A stretch of 63,972 nt of DNA, the filler included, from Octopus bimaculoides (taxonomy: Eukaryota): the NCBI RefSeq assembly GCF_001194135.2. It is 4 parts of 4 records of this genome, joined end to end, with 100 filler letters (N's around TTAATTAATTAA, not from the genome) between each part and the next. Parts side by side here need not be neighbours in the genome. Positions count along the whole stretch, not along the records: positions 1 to 25,261 come from NC_069009.1; 3 more parts are not named here. One strand, given 5' to 3'. Under the pieces are notes generated by a model. The model saw nothing but the letters and a program-made list of their open reading frames with translations, did not search any database and was not told the origin of the DNA. The position numbers and the translations under genes were made by a program. How positions within the stretch are numbered: the first letter of the stretch is position 1; each line of letters opens with the position of its first letter. Below are positions 10,205-22,705 of the stretch, piece after piece.

Positions 10205-11210
10205 AAAATCAATAAGGAGGAGACAACGATGTATAAGAAAGCAGGATTATTATTTCTCAAAAGATATTTTACATTTATATATATATTCACAATATATACA
10301 TAAGACAATTCAATATGATTATGTAATAAAAGAATGCAAGATCCAAATAATGACAGATGACACAGTAATCAAATCATGTACAGTAGTCCCTGGACTTTTC
10401 AAACAAATTACTGATGAAAAATATGAAATAAAAAAAATGTTCATCTTAACGAAACACCAAAATCAAATCTAGTGAATCAATATTATTGATTAATATCACA
10501 TAAAACAATATTCATTTATATATTTTCACAATATATATGGCAAATCACTATGACTTTGTAACAAGAGAATGCAAAATCATGCAAATAATGGCTTATGTTA
10601 CAGTAATCACATCATTAACCGGAGTCCTTGTACTCTTCAAACAAATCAATGAAAAACAAAACGAAAATAATAAAAATGGAAATTTTAATAGCTGGGCATC
10701 AAAATCATCTCTAGTGAATCTGCACTATTGACTAATATAACAAAAAATATTATATATTTATACACATTTACAAAACATAAGGCATAACAATATGACCTTG
10801 TGACAGAGAATAGAAACCCATCTATCCAAATAATGACTTATGTCACAGTAATCAGATCAGAAAAGGAGTCTGCGAACTCCCCAAACAAATCAATGAGACA
10901 AAATACAAATTTAAAAAAAAAAAAAAAAAGAAGAGAAATTTAAATAGCTAAGGATCAAAATCAAATCTAGTGAACTTACACGATTGATCAATATCACAAA
11001 AAATATTATACCTTTAAACACATTCACAATTCATAAGGCAGATCGATACGACTATGAACTCAGTGAATGCAAACTCTAAATAATGACCCAAGTTACAATA
11101 ATCAAATCATAAATAGGCGTCTGTGAACTCTTCAGAGTTTATCAATGCGATAAAAAGACAAAATGAGATAATGGTAAAAGCTAAGCCTCAAAATAAAATC
11201 TGGTTAACCA
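10205..11210. repeat. ~245-bp tandem repeat (4 units) in the Helitron 3' region
   Basis: Anchor aaaatca(a/t)..ctagtg or variants at 10205, 10459, 10701, 10957 and 11190. Confidence 0.7.
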
Positions 11211-11228
11211 CAAATATGATGTAAGCAA

Positions 11229-11615
11229 TTGTGGAGGCGCAATGGCCCAGTGGATAGGGCAGCGTACTCGTGGTCATAGGATCGCGGTTTCGATTCCCAG
11301 ACCGGGCGTTGTGAGTGTTTATTGATCGAAAACACCTAAAGCTCCACGAGGCTCCGGCAGGGGATGGTGGCGAACCATGCTGTACTCTTCCACCACAACT
11401 TTCTCTCACTCTTACTTCCTGTTTCTGTTGTGCCTATAATTCAAAGGGTCAGCCTTGTCACACTGTGTCACTCTGAATATCCCCCGAGAACTACATTAAG
11501 GGTACACGTGTCTGTGGAGTGCTCAGCCACTTGCACGTTAATTTCACGAGCAGGCTGTTCCGTTGATCGGATCAACTGGAACCCTCGTCGTCGTAAGCGA
11601 CGGAGTGCCAACAAC
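11229..11615 (+). mobile_element. Full-length tRNA-derived SINE family C nested in the Helitron
   Basis: tRNA-like head tggcccagtggatagggcagcg...ggtttcgattcc; 11-bp TSD GATGTAAGCAA at 11218-11228 and 11616-11626; 3' stem-loops. Confidence 0.9.
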
Positions 11616-11789
11616 GATGTAAGCAAGAAAAGTTGTTTAGAAATAAAAACATGATAGGAAATTAATCAATAATGATCAGAAACTTGAGGATAATTGCCAA
11701 TGTTAATTTTGATTTGCCATTAACATTTAAAATTTCCTCATACACAATGTCTTTAGTTATATTTTCTGGTGCATAAATAAAAAGATTTG

Positions 11790-14700
11790 TCTTTGCTCCC
11801 ACAGGTAATGCTCCTACTTAAAGTTGGCCATGTGAAAAGCAAGGGTCTTCAAGTTGCACTCCAGCAACTTTTAAGGTTTGGCCTTGATTTTATTAATGGT
11901 CATGGCAAAAGAAAGTTGGATGGGAAACTGCGATGTCTTAAACTGAAAAGACATATTAGATGTTATAACAGGTATTCGAAGAATGAAGGTGGTTTCACCT
12001 TTAACACATCCAGTGAGAATAGTAGCCTCAATGCAGTTTCTCATAAGTTTGTAAACAATAAGTCTTGTACCGTTGCATAATTTTGGTTGAGACAAATTAC
12101 GTAGTAACATGATAGGAGCTCCTTTTGCCAGTTGAAGACAATGAGGAGGTGTTCCTGGTGGTTCCAATGAGTTCAAAAATTTGACTGGATAATTAACAAT
12201 CTCCTTTTCATCAATAACTGTATCAATTTATACGTTACTATTTCTCCTGGAAAGGCATTCAAGAGTTTGGGGTTAATGCTTTTTATTGTAGCATTTTTGG
12301 GGGGCCATTATAGCTGGTTCACATATCCAATCTGTATTCTGGTAGTAAGACAGAAGATCTGGGAAGACTTTAGCTATTAAATCATCTACAGAATCAACCA
12401 AATTACAAGATTGGATCAAATTCAAGACACTCTTCTTCATCAGTAACTGCTCTCCCTTCACTGAGTCTTAAAAGTGTCTCTGTAAAATCCTTCAGCTGAT
12501 TGGTCTCTCGAAAGTTGTGCCCTCATATTAGTTAAAAGATTGAGTGTTTGCACATGGTGCCACAATGCTGAGGACTTTATGGATGCATTTAGCTCATCCA
12601 CTTTTGATCCTTTGGGAACAACTGGGAGGGTCTGACGGAAATCTCCTGAGAATAGTACCGTGATATTTTCCATCAGTGAATTATTGTTTCTAATGTCTTG
12701 TAATGTTCTTACAACAGCTTGGAGGGCTCTTGTGTGGGCTGTGGTACATTCATCCCAAACGATTAAATCACATTTCTTTATCGGTTTGCCCATTCCAGAA
12801 TTTTTAGATATATTACAAACTGGATCTTTCTTGCTACTTAAATCTAAAGGTAACTTGAAAGTTGGATGAGCAGTTTGATCTCCCGCTAGTAATGTTACAG
12901 CAATCTCAGAAGAAGCAGTCACTAAATCTATTCTATTCCATTGACTTTAGCCAGAAGTGAATGTCCTCCCAGTACTGCCTGGAGCATCTAGAAAACAAAA
13001 GTCCTCCTCTAGAATTGTTAATGCTGTTTATGATAGTAGAGTAGGCATGATGTTGATCTGGTAAACGCTTGCAAAGATTTTCATTTCTGTGCATTGTCAG
13101 TTCCATCAAATCACATGAAGTTTCCCTCATCATTTAGTTGGACAAACTATTGAGTGATCCTCTATTTGTATGTGGAAAACCTAAAATTTTCAATAGGTTC
13201 ACTTCCCATTGAAACAATTTGATCTTATATTTCAATTAAAACTTCCTTGTATAAAGCATTGGTGAAATTAATTTCAGTCAGGATTTCTCAGTTGTGCTTG
13301 GTGTTTAAAATCCTCAGCAAGACCATTTCTCAACTTATTCCAAAGTTCTAGAGGATTGCTTACTTTACAAACTTTGAGAATAATCACAAAAAGACATCTT
13401 AAACTCTTTTGGTATTCTTCAGGTAGAGGCTTCTGCTAGCATTGCTTCCAATTGCTGTTCACTTTCAAGCAAACCAAACTTAAAACATGCTTCTTGAAAT
13501 GTTTAGCAAATCTTACTTTCTATTTCTTTAAAACTTCTAAATGAAGTAGGTTCTCTTTTCTCATGAAGAATCATTCTGAGGAAAAAAAACATTCATATTG
13601 GTTAGGATGTATTGTATACATGCTACCAATTTTTATGTAAAACTTAATCCCAGGATCACCATCAACATCTGAACCTCTTTTACCATTTTCCAGCAATTAT
13701 TACTCCATGTATAATAGGAAGGAACTTCATTGTAAAGTAGCGTTTTGGCAAAATCACCTTGCTGACAAAATTTGAAAAATGCTGTTAATGTCATGTCTTT
13801 TGGATTCAAAACTTGGTTTGCAGTTGTCTCAGCAGTGAAGTATATCCTCTGACCATTTTCTAAATGCACAGAAAGTTGTTGAATAGCCGGGTATCTTTTG
13901 TGGATTACAAATCCAAAAATGCACCAAAAGCTCTCATTACTGCTGATATATCTTCTGACCTGGTATTGTGTAATTTCATCATTAGCATTATCTTGAATGG
14001 TGAAAGCAGCAGCATCGCTCCCTTAATTTATGTATTTGCAGACATGCTTTATACTCTTTGTAGAGTTACAAATTCGATGTAGATATGAGCATAAAAAGTC
14101 CTCGACAGCAAGGGAAAATAAGGAACCATCCATCGGTTGTCAGCTTCATACCTTCTAACTTTAGCTTGCTTTCCTTCATCTTCTGGTTTTCATCTTCTGT
14201 ATATGGGATATCCATCTTCACTAAATTGAGAGTGAAAAGTAAAATTTTTTGGATATTTTTTTGGGACACTTCTCCTCCTTCATACATGGTGATCGAGGGT
14301 TTTGAGCATTATAAGGGCCATGAACCATATGAGTGTTCACAATCTTATAAAGTGGTTAATCAATTTCAGAATCTGGAATTCCTGCTGAAATGATGGAATC
14401 CACTTGATTTGAGTTCAATTTTGTGCAAAACCAAAGTAGAATATGGGCATGAGATAAACCTCTTTTCTGTCATTCCACAGTATCCATGGAACAGCAAACT
14501 TCTCCAAAGATGTGTACCTTTGTTAATAGGTGCATCATTTTTTTTTTAGTTTTAAGTGAAAAACCCATGCTATGAGATCATGTCTATGAAGAGGTTTTGG
14601 GTCAAGAATAAGTTCCTTTTGTATTTCAGGCCATTTTGAATTACAAGTAAAAGTTACAAATAAATCTGGTCTGCCATATTTGTGTACATATGCCATGGCA

Positions 14701-16227
14701 TCCTGCATTCTGTCTTCTTGCATATAGCGTGGTCCTCTTGAGAAACTTGACAGAAGAATGCACAACTGTCTCAATTCACTTCCATCCCTATCATTTTGTA
14801 TGCTATTCCGTAAGTTAATGTATGAATCAACACAAAGCTCTTTTTGGTGTTCTTATATAGGTAAATCTTTCAAATGCAATCTTGGTTCACAACAAATTAT
14901 TGAAATAAATCTCTACTTAGAAGCAATATGTTAAAACTGTTTGGACAAAACATGAGATAAAAGGCATAGAAATCCATGAATGATACAGTTTTTCTTGAAT
15001 TATGTCCTGCCTAAGGAATTCCAAATTGATAACCATCTTGTCCATATGGAAAAAGCAATGGGTAATGTAGAGCATCGTAGGAGCGATGTGTATCATTCAT
15101 TCACATGTTGAACAGTAGAATCTCTACAATTTAAAATTGTACCTCACTTTCCAGATTGATCACCTGCCAAAAGGATAGTAACATCATTAATCTCTGGTGC
15201 ATTGAAACACTGTGCATGTTCATTTGGGAGCCTTTTATCAGCATCGATCCCTATTTGAAAATTTGTGTTTTGTGTATTTTCAAGAGCGTATCTGTAACTT
15301 CTGACATAATTGATGTGAGTGTGAAGCATTTGTTAAAGTTGTTGTACAATATCCAAGTGAATCCCATGATTATAGTTACACCTTGTTTCAGGCTGATTTT
15401 TCATATTGTTAATGAAATAAACTTGTAAAAAATTTATGTCCTCCATTTTGCAGAGGTAAAAATGCTTCCAATTTCATGATATACTTGCCCTTGGATATTG
15501 AATGTGGACATGAATCCCTCTTCATTCACAATTTTTGCTCCAAAAGAAGTTATCTGGAAAGCATTATTATGTCATCATATTTTTTCAAGAAAATGTTTTG
15601 AATGGGGGTGGGGGTTGTTCCATCAAGAAGTTTTTTCACTTGTTCAGCAAACAGAGGCAGCCTAATTTTCCCTCCACTGATCACATCACAATACAGGAGA
15701 TTAATTCATCCAAGTTTTAGCATTGCAATCATTGCATTGTTCTGACATAGAGCCAATATTTACTATTGTTTCTGTTTCATAACAATGCCTGGGATCGTAA
15801 CTGAGGCACCCCTATGCCACTGTTCTGCATTCAATGGACGTGCTCTAACTTCTACGTGCCTGATTCGATCAATCTGACTTCTATTTATGTTCAACTTCTT
15901 CCTATGATTATTGGTTTAAATGAGCAATTATTCTTTGTTGGATAGCCTGAAGTGAAGCTATCTTTTGATTTTCTTCTTCTTGACTTTGTAAAACTGGCAT
16001 TCTTTGTTGATTATCTTCACATTGTTTGTTTCTTTGTTCTTCACTCTCTGCTTCTCATCTATGTGCCATTCTTTATGTGATTCTTTGTTCTCCACTCTGT
16101 GTCTCACATCTCTCTGCCATTCTCCTTGCATTAGCCTCCTTCGCTCTTCTGTTTCCTGTTGTCTTTTCCTCTTCATATATGTCACTCGATCGGATTTCCC
16201 GAATGGAATCCTCTGTTTTGGTGGCAT
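11790..16227 (-). pseudogene. Helitron RepHel (Zn finger + HUH Rep + Pif1-type helicase), many stops/frameshifts
   Basis: In order: MPPKQR start, IGSMSEQCNDCNAK Zn finger, KYGRPDLFVTFTCNSKWPEI, E*QKRGLSHAHILLW (HUH), DGYPIYRR, HLENGQRIYF, LDAPGSTGRTF (decayed Walker A), LIVWDEC (Walker B), [40 protein letters not shown]. Confidence 0.93.
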
Positions 16228-16819
16228 TTTCTACTGGAACATCTGGAAAATAATAAGACTATCTGTTGACACTCAGGTCTTCAGCTCCTTCGAACAGCCA
16301 TCAGCTCTTAAATCAAGGTGAAACATTTTTATGAGGCTGTTTTCAGTTACAGACCTATCGAAGAATTAGCTTACAGTCTATATAGGAAATGGGGAGATAT
16401 CTAAAGAATGTGGATGAAACATATATTTGTTCGGGGTGAGAGAGAAAGAGTGTGTGTGTGTGTGTGTGTGTGGGGGTGATAAGTGTGTACATGTGTCATT
16501 ACTGTAATTTCTTAGAATTAACCTAAGCCAACCTGTAAAAGAAACTATATCATGAGATCAACAGTTGAATGATTTAGTGAAAGAGTAGAAAGAGCAGTGA
16601 ATGATGAGTGGAATAACAAATACAACTTTATAGGAAGCAGTAGGCCCATAAGCCCTAAGCACATACACCCATCCTGGCACTACAGATGCATGAGCCAAAA
16701 TATAGCTGCACTCCATATGCACCAGATTAATTTTAAGACCACAATGGCTACCTCATATGCATAGGGCTACAGATTTTTCTAAAATCTAAGACTACAACTA
16801 TATTCATCTTGGCTTAGGC

Positions 16820-17600
16820 AAAATGACTGAATTGTGGGGGTTAAGCCCCCATTAAGGAGTCTTACTAACCTCCTAAAAAGTTGAAATTTTAGGAATATTA
16901 CTTCATTTGTGTCTAATATCTATGGTTAAAATTTCATCAACAGCAAAAATATATGAATTTTCATGGGGGTTATGGCCTCATTTATGCCCCCTAACTTTCA
17001 AACATGGACTGCATTACTTCCACCCTTATGCATAGAATATATTTTCCAAATTTCATAAAGATCCATTCAGTACTTTTGACCTTGTTTGGATCATGTAAAA
17101 TGACTAAAATTTGGGAGTTAAGGCCCCCATTAAGGGGTCTTAGAATCCTCATGAGAAGTGGAAACTTTAAGAACACTTTTTGATGTGTGTCCATTGCCTA
17201 TGGTTGAAATTTCATCAACATCAGAAATTTATGAATTTTCATGGTGGGGTTCTTCCCCCTTTAAGCCCTCTCAAATTCAAACTATACTGCATTATATCTG
17301 TCCTTATACATTGAATCTAAGTTCCAAATATTATAAGGATCCATTCAGTAATTTTGGTCCATGAGAAATGACTAAAATTTGGGGGCTAAGCCTCCATTAG
17401 GGGGTCTTAGAATCATCCAAAGAAATGGAAACTTTGGGTATATATTTTAATTTATTTCTAACACCTATAGTTTAAATTTCATCAAAATACAAAGCATATG
17501 AATTTTTATGGGAGTTCTGCCCCCACTTTTTACCCCCTCAAAATTGTATGAAACATATGGTATTACCCCTCTCCCTAGGCTTGGATTTTGTGGTCCAAAT
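16820..17600. repeat. ~270-bp tandem repeat (3 units) in the Helitron 5' subterminal region
   Basis: Anchor aaatgact at 16821, 17098 and 17366; related partial unit at 9075-9170. Confidence 0.75.
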
Positions 17601-17677
17601 TTCATTCAGACCAGTCCAGTAGTTTTCAAATCTATAAGTAACACATGAACACACATAAGGACATTGACTTTCATATA

Positions 17678-17717
<40 letters not shown>

Positions 17718-17719
<2 letters not shown>

Positions 17720-19292
17720 TCATCATCATCGTTTAACGTCCACTTTCCATGCTGGCATGGGTTTGACGGTTTGACTGGGGACCAGTGAGCTAGATGGCTG
17801 CACCAGGCTCCAATCTGATCTGGCAGTGTTTCTACAGTTGGATGCCCTTCCTAACGCCCACCACTCCGAGAGTGTAGTAGGTGCTTTTATGTGTCACTGG
17901 CACAAGGGCGAGTCAGGTGGTACTGGCAATGGCCATGCTCAAATGGTGTTTTTATGTGTCACCTGCACTGGAGCCAGTCCAGTGGCACTGGCAACGCCCT
18001 CGCTCGAATGTTGATTTCCACGTACCACCGGCACAAGTGCCAGTAAGGTGACGCTGGTAACGATCACACTCAAATGGTGCTTTTTACGTGCCACCAGCAA
18101 GGAGGCCACACAGTGGCCCTGGCAATGGTCACGCTCGGATGAAGCTCTTAGCACTCGACTGGAGCGGATGCCAGTCATAAGGTGCTGTCAATGAATTTGA
18201 TTCCAATTTCACTTGCCTCAACAGGTCTTCACAAGTAGAGTTTAATGCCCGATGAAAGAAAGGTACACTTAAGTGGGCTGGTTATGGTCTCACTTGGCCT
18301 GCTGGGTCTTCTCAAGCACAGCATATTTCCAAAGGTCCGTCACTAGTCATTGCCTCAGTGAGGCCTAATGCTTGAAGGTTATGCTTCACCACCTCATCCC
18401 AGGTCTTCTTGGGTCTACCTCTTCCACAGTTTCCCTCAACTGCTTGGGTGTAACACTTTTTCACACAGCTATCCTCATCCATTCGTACCACATGACCCAT
18501 ACCAGCGCAGTCATCTCTCCTGCAAACCACAACTGATGCTTCTTAGGTCCAACTTTTCTCTCAAGGCACTTTTACTCTGTTGAGTATGCTCACTGACATT
18601 ACACATCCATCGGAGTATACTGGCTTCATTCTTTGCAAGCTTATGCATGTTCTCAGCAGTCACGGCCCATGTTTCACTGCCATGTAGCATGGTTGTTCGT
18701 ACACATGCGTCTTACAATCTGCCTTTTACTCTGAACGAGAGGCCCTTTGTCATCACCAGAGGTAGGAACTCTCTGAACTTTGCCCAGGCTATTCTTATTC
18801 TAGCAGCTACACTTTCAGAGCACCCACCCCCGCTACTAACTTGGTCACCGAGGTAACAGAAGCTATCAACCACTTCTAGTTTTTCTCCCTGGAATGTGGC
18901 AGAAGTTGTTTTCTGCACATTTTCAGTGTTTATTGCTCCTGAGCATCTGCCACATACGAAAACTATCTTCCTAGTTAGCCTTCCTTTGATGTTGCTGTAT
19001 CTCTTATGTGTCCATAGCTTAAACTGGGTACATCTTATAGAGTTTCTACCTACACCTTTTCTACAGATCGAGCAGGGCCATCTACCTGAAGGGGTTTGTG
19101 GGTTGCCTGCCTTTCTACTTATTAAGACTTTGGTTTTAGCTAGGTTGACTCTAAGGCCCTTCAATTCTAATCCTTGCTTCCACACCTGAAACTTCTCTTC
19201 TAGTTCTGATAGTGACTCAGCAATTAGAGGAAGGTCATCAGCATAGAGGAGCTCCCAGGGGCAACCTGTCTTGAATTCCTCTGTTATTGCTT
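17718..19292 (-). mobile_element. 5'-truncated RTE-clade LINE (RT C-terminal half, PHD-like finger, 3' UTR, (GAT)n tail)
   Basis: Minus translation CPWELLYADDLPLIAES (YADD), KGLRVNLAKTKV, RIRIAWAKFRE, GRGRPKKTW; 3' UTR with ~65-bp repeats, ccatgc..gcatgg stem and GAT tail at 17718-17730. Confidence 0.92.
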
Positions 19293-19502
19293 ACCATATA
19301 TATACATACATATACACATATAACTACAAATGATATGAGAAGTTTAGGTCAAGGTAATCCAAACTTATAGGTATGCATTCTGAGTGCTCCAACAGGTAAT
19401 CCACCAAAATTCCAGTCAGAACAGTGGATGGAGTTGTGATTGTATGAATGTCTTGTTCGAAAAAAAAACTGGCAGTTGGTACCTTACCTCTGCGTCAGTA
19501 GG

Positions 19503-19708
19503 TATTGGTTAAAGTAGTGAAGAAGGACACACAATTATTCGAGGCAGGACAATGGCGTTTAAATTCATTTAATTCAGTCTAAAAATAATAAAATAATGCA
19601 AAACCTTACCAGTTTTGTATTATTGTACTATTTTTAGATTTAAATGAATTTAAATGCCATAGTCTTGCCTTGAATAATTGTTTGCCTTCCTCACTACTTT
19701 AACCGATA
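19503..19708. mobile_element. Near-palindromic foldback MITE (~100-bp arms, ~10-nt loop)
   Basis: 19503-19603 is the reverse complement of 19613-19708 with scattered mismatches; TA at both ends. Confidence 0.75.
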
Positions 19709-19719
19709 TAATGTGTATG

Positions 19720-19855
19720 TCAGGAAGGGCATCCATCTGTAGAAACTATGTGAAGACAGACATGGAACCTGATAGCCCTTCAGCTGGTCAGCTCCTGTCA
19801 AACCGTCCAACCCATGCCAGCATTGAAAACAGATGTTAAATGATGACAATGGTGA
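19720..19855 (+). mobile_element. RTE 3'-end fragment
   Basis: ggaagggcatcca.ctgtagaaact...gtccaacccatgccagcat.gaaaac.gatgttaaatgatga. Confidence 0.75.
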
Positions 19856-20624
19856 TGATGTATTTTTATTGCCAGCTCTCCATAAAACCACAATTCCCAG
19901 TCACACTTCCAGTTTGTCAGAGATTGTGAGCTATCCACACGTTTTTTCCTGTCTATCTTCTTCCCCCGCCCCGCCCCTTTTCATCTTGCTTTTGTCCTCT
20001 TTCCTGAACTTTCTATTTCTCTCCGACAAAAGGACTACATCACAAACATTATACTTCCACTCTATANNNNNNNNNNNNNNNNNNNNNNNNNNNNNNNNNN
20101 NNNNNNNNNNNNNNNNNNNNNNNNNNNNNNNNNNNNNNNNNNNNNNNNNNNNNNNNNNNNNNNNNNNNNNNNNNNNNNNNNNNNNNNNNNNNNNNNNNNN
20201 NNNNNNNNNNNNNNNNNNNNNNNNNNNNNNNNNNNNNNNNNNNNNNNNNNNNNNNNNNNNNNNNNNNNNNNNNNNNNNNNNNNNNNNNNNNNNNNNNNNN
20301 NNNNNNNNNNNNNNNNNNNNNNNNNNNNNNNNNNNNNNNNNNNNNNNNNNNNNNNNNNNNNNNNNNNNNNNNNNNNNNNNNNNNNNNNNNNNNNNNNNNN
20401 NNNNNNNNNNNNNNNNNNNNNNNNNNNNNNNNNNNNNNNNNNNNNNNNNNNNNNNNNNNNNNNNNNNNNNNNNNNNNNNNNNNNNNNNNNNNNNNNNNNN
20501 NNNNNNNNNNNNNNNNNNNNNNNNNNNNNNNNNNNNNNNNNNNNNNNNNNNNNNNNNNNNNNNNNNNNNNNNNNNNNNNNNNNNNNNNNNNNNNNNNNNN
20601 NNNNNNNNNNNNNNNNNNNNATAT

Positions 20625-20782
20625 ATGACGGGCTTCTTTCAGTTTCCGTCTACCAAATCCACTCACAAGGCTTTGGTCGGCCCGAGGCTATAGTAGAAGA
20701 CACTTGCCCAAGGTGCCATGCAGTAGGACTGAACCCGGAACCATGTGGTTGGTAAGCAAGCTACTTACCACACAGCCACTCC
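20625..20782 (-). mobile_element. SINE family B, 5' half
   Basis: Near-consensus; begins at a (TA)-flanked gap. Confidence 0.85.
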
Positions 20783-21469
20783 AACTTTTCACCTTCTTTG
20801 AACATCAACCTAGTAATAATAACTTCAAGCATCCCTTGGACATTTGTTTTTTATAAGTGGTTTTCTTTTTTGCAATTGATTTGTCTTACATTATATATTG
20901 GCTTAAAAGCCACACTCTGTGCAGACTTTCAAGCTAGCTCTTGCCGAAGTGTTATTGGGTTCAAGACCCAAAACTAAAGAGAGCTAAATAGTATGACTGT
21001 AATACGTGTATAATGACTACAAGCCCTGGTGGTGTTTGATCAGAAGTTAAGGACAGATGAGAATTAATTTTGTAATGCAATCATTCTATTGTTCCAGCCC
21101 CAAGTTGAATTTCAACTGTTGACCAATTTGTCCCAAAGTTCTTATCTTAATGTGAAATTAACGGAGAGAATTTATCTCCCCGCTTGACCTCTGATGTCAT
21201 CTGACAAATGCCAACCAAGATAGTGTGAATCAGTCAAGCTTTACCTGCTAGAAATAGCAACCCAAATGCTTTTAAACCAGATTCCAATACTGGATATTCA
21301 TGAATCAAATGAAGGGCAGATTTTCAATCCCAGGATCATCCTAATTCCAAAAAGGTATAATATGACTATGTAGAGGAAACACAGACTGAGATAAAAGGGT
21401 CCCAGATGGAATGACAGAATTTCACTTTTATTGATACACACACACACACATATATATGTATGCATACAA

Positions 21470-21770
21470 ATGCCTCAGTAGTTATAGCGTCAGGCCCACA
21501 ATCATAATGTTCGATTACATGACCAGGCTGTGTGTTCTGTTCTTCAGCAAGACAATTTATTTCACATTGTTCCAGCTCAATCAGCTGTAGAAATGATTTG
21601 CAATGTCACTGGTGCCAAGCTGTATCGGCCCCTTTGCCTTTCCCTTGGGTAACATCAGTGATGTGGAGAGTGGGGGGAACAGCTGGTTTTCCATAAACCA
21701 TTTTGTCTGGACTTGTGCCTAGGAGAACTTTCTAGGTTCAATCCTGTGGACATTCATGATTGAGGGGAGC
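21470..21770 (+). mobile_element. Older SINE related to family V
   Basis: gttcttcagcaagacaatttatttcacattgttccagctcaatcagctgtagaaatga resembles the 5452 copy. Confidence 0.55.
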
Positions 21771-22705
21771 ATTAACATGTGTGTGTATATATAAATATGC
21801 ACACACATACGTATACTAAATCCATCTACAAGGTTTTATTCGGACCAAGGTTGAAGACACTTGCCTAAGGAGCCATGTAGTAGGACTGATCCTAGAACCA
21901 TGTCATTGAGAAGCAAACTCCTTACCACTCAGCCATAATTGTAGCAATCTATGAATAAGCTTTCTCTTTTCCTTAAACCATAAAGCACATCATGTCTGTC
22001 ACATTTATTTCAAGACTGTAAAAAAAGCAGTAACTTCTAAGTTCATTTGCATTATATTTAAAAGTACAGCTTTAATTAAATGGCAGGTTTTCAAATGAAT
22101 TTGTTGAATGACTTTGCTGGTGTTTAATAAATGAACATAATGTTCTCAAATATGCTGACTGACACTACAAAACCTCCATGAGTCCTGCTATAGAAGCATA
22201 AATTTTGGTAACGAAATAATGTTTGTAAATGTTCTTTCAATGGAATATCCAATAATTTTATAGATATCTATTTACTCAACAATAATTTTTCCAACAAAGA
22301 CACTCTATTGACCATGATCCAAATTTTCACAGATTCAGACACTATTTTATATGAATGGTGAGTGAAGTGATTCTTGGGAGGAGAGAATGTTTCAACACAG
22401 ATCTCATAGCGATATGGTTTCTCTCCTGTACAAATGCATTCACCACAGACATCACACCACTATGACATGGTTTCTTTCCTGTCTATTTGTGAGTAAAGTG
22501 ACGACTCCAAGAAAATGCTTTCCCACACGTATCACAGTGATATGGTTTCTCTCCTCTGTGAAGATACTTATGTCAAGTCCGATTACTTCCATGAGAATAA
22601 TTTACAACAAATATAACAGTTATATAGTTTCTCTTCTATATGAATACATTTGTGAATATTTAGATGAACATTTTGAGAGAATGATTTACCACACATATTA
22701 TAATG

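Larger units (their letters stand above)
9010..17690 (-). mobile_element. Near full-length decayed autonomous Helitron (~8.7 kb)
   Basis: 3' terminus on -: degenerate hairpin ..gggcaacaccggg then CTAG|T (ctag at 9010-9013). RepHel remnants at 11790-16227. 5' subterminal aaactactggactggtctgaatgaaatttgg; the 5' end runs into (TA)n and the 5'-TC is not resolvable. Confidence 0.85.

Noticed and set aside
11229-11310. tRNA gene calls for SINE heads (also 5452, 48027, 52305)
   Set aside because: A/B boxes are present but there is no complete cloverleaf, and each continues into a shared SINE body, one with a TSD.
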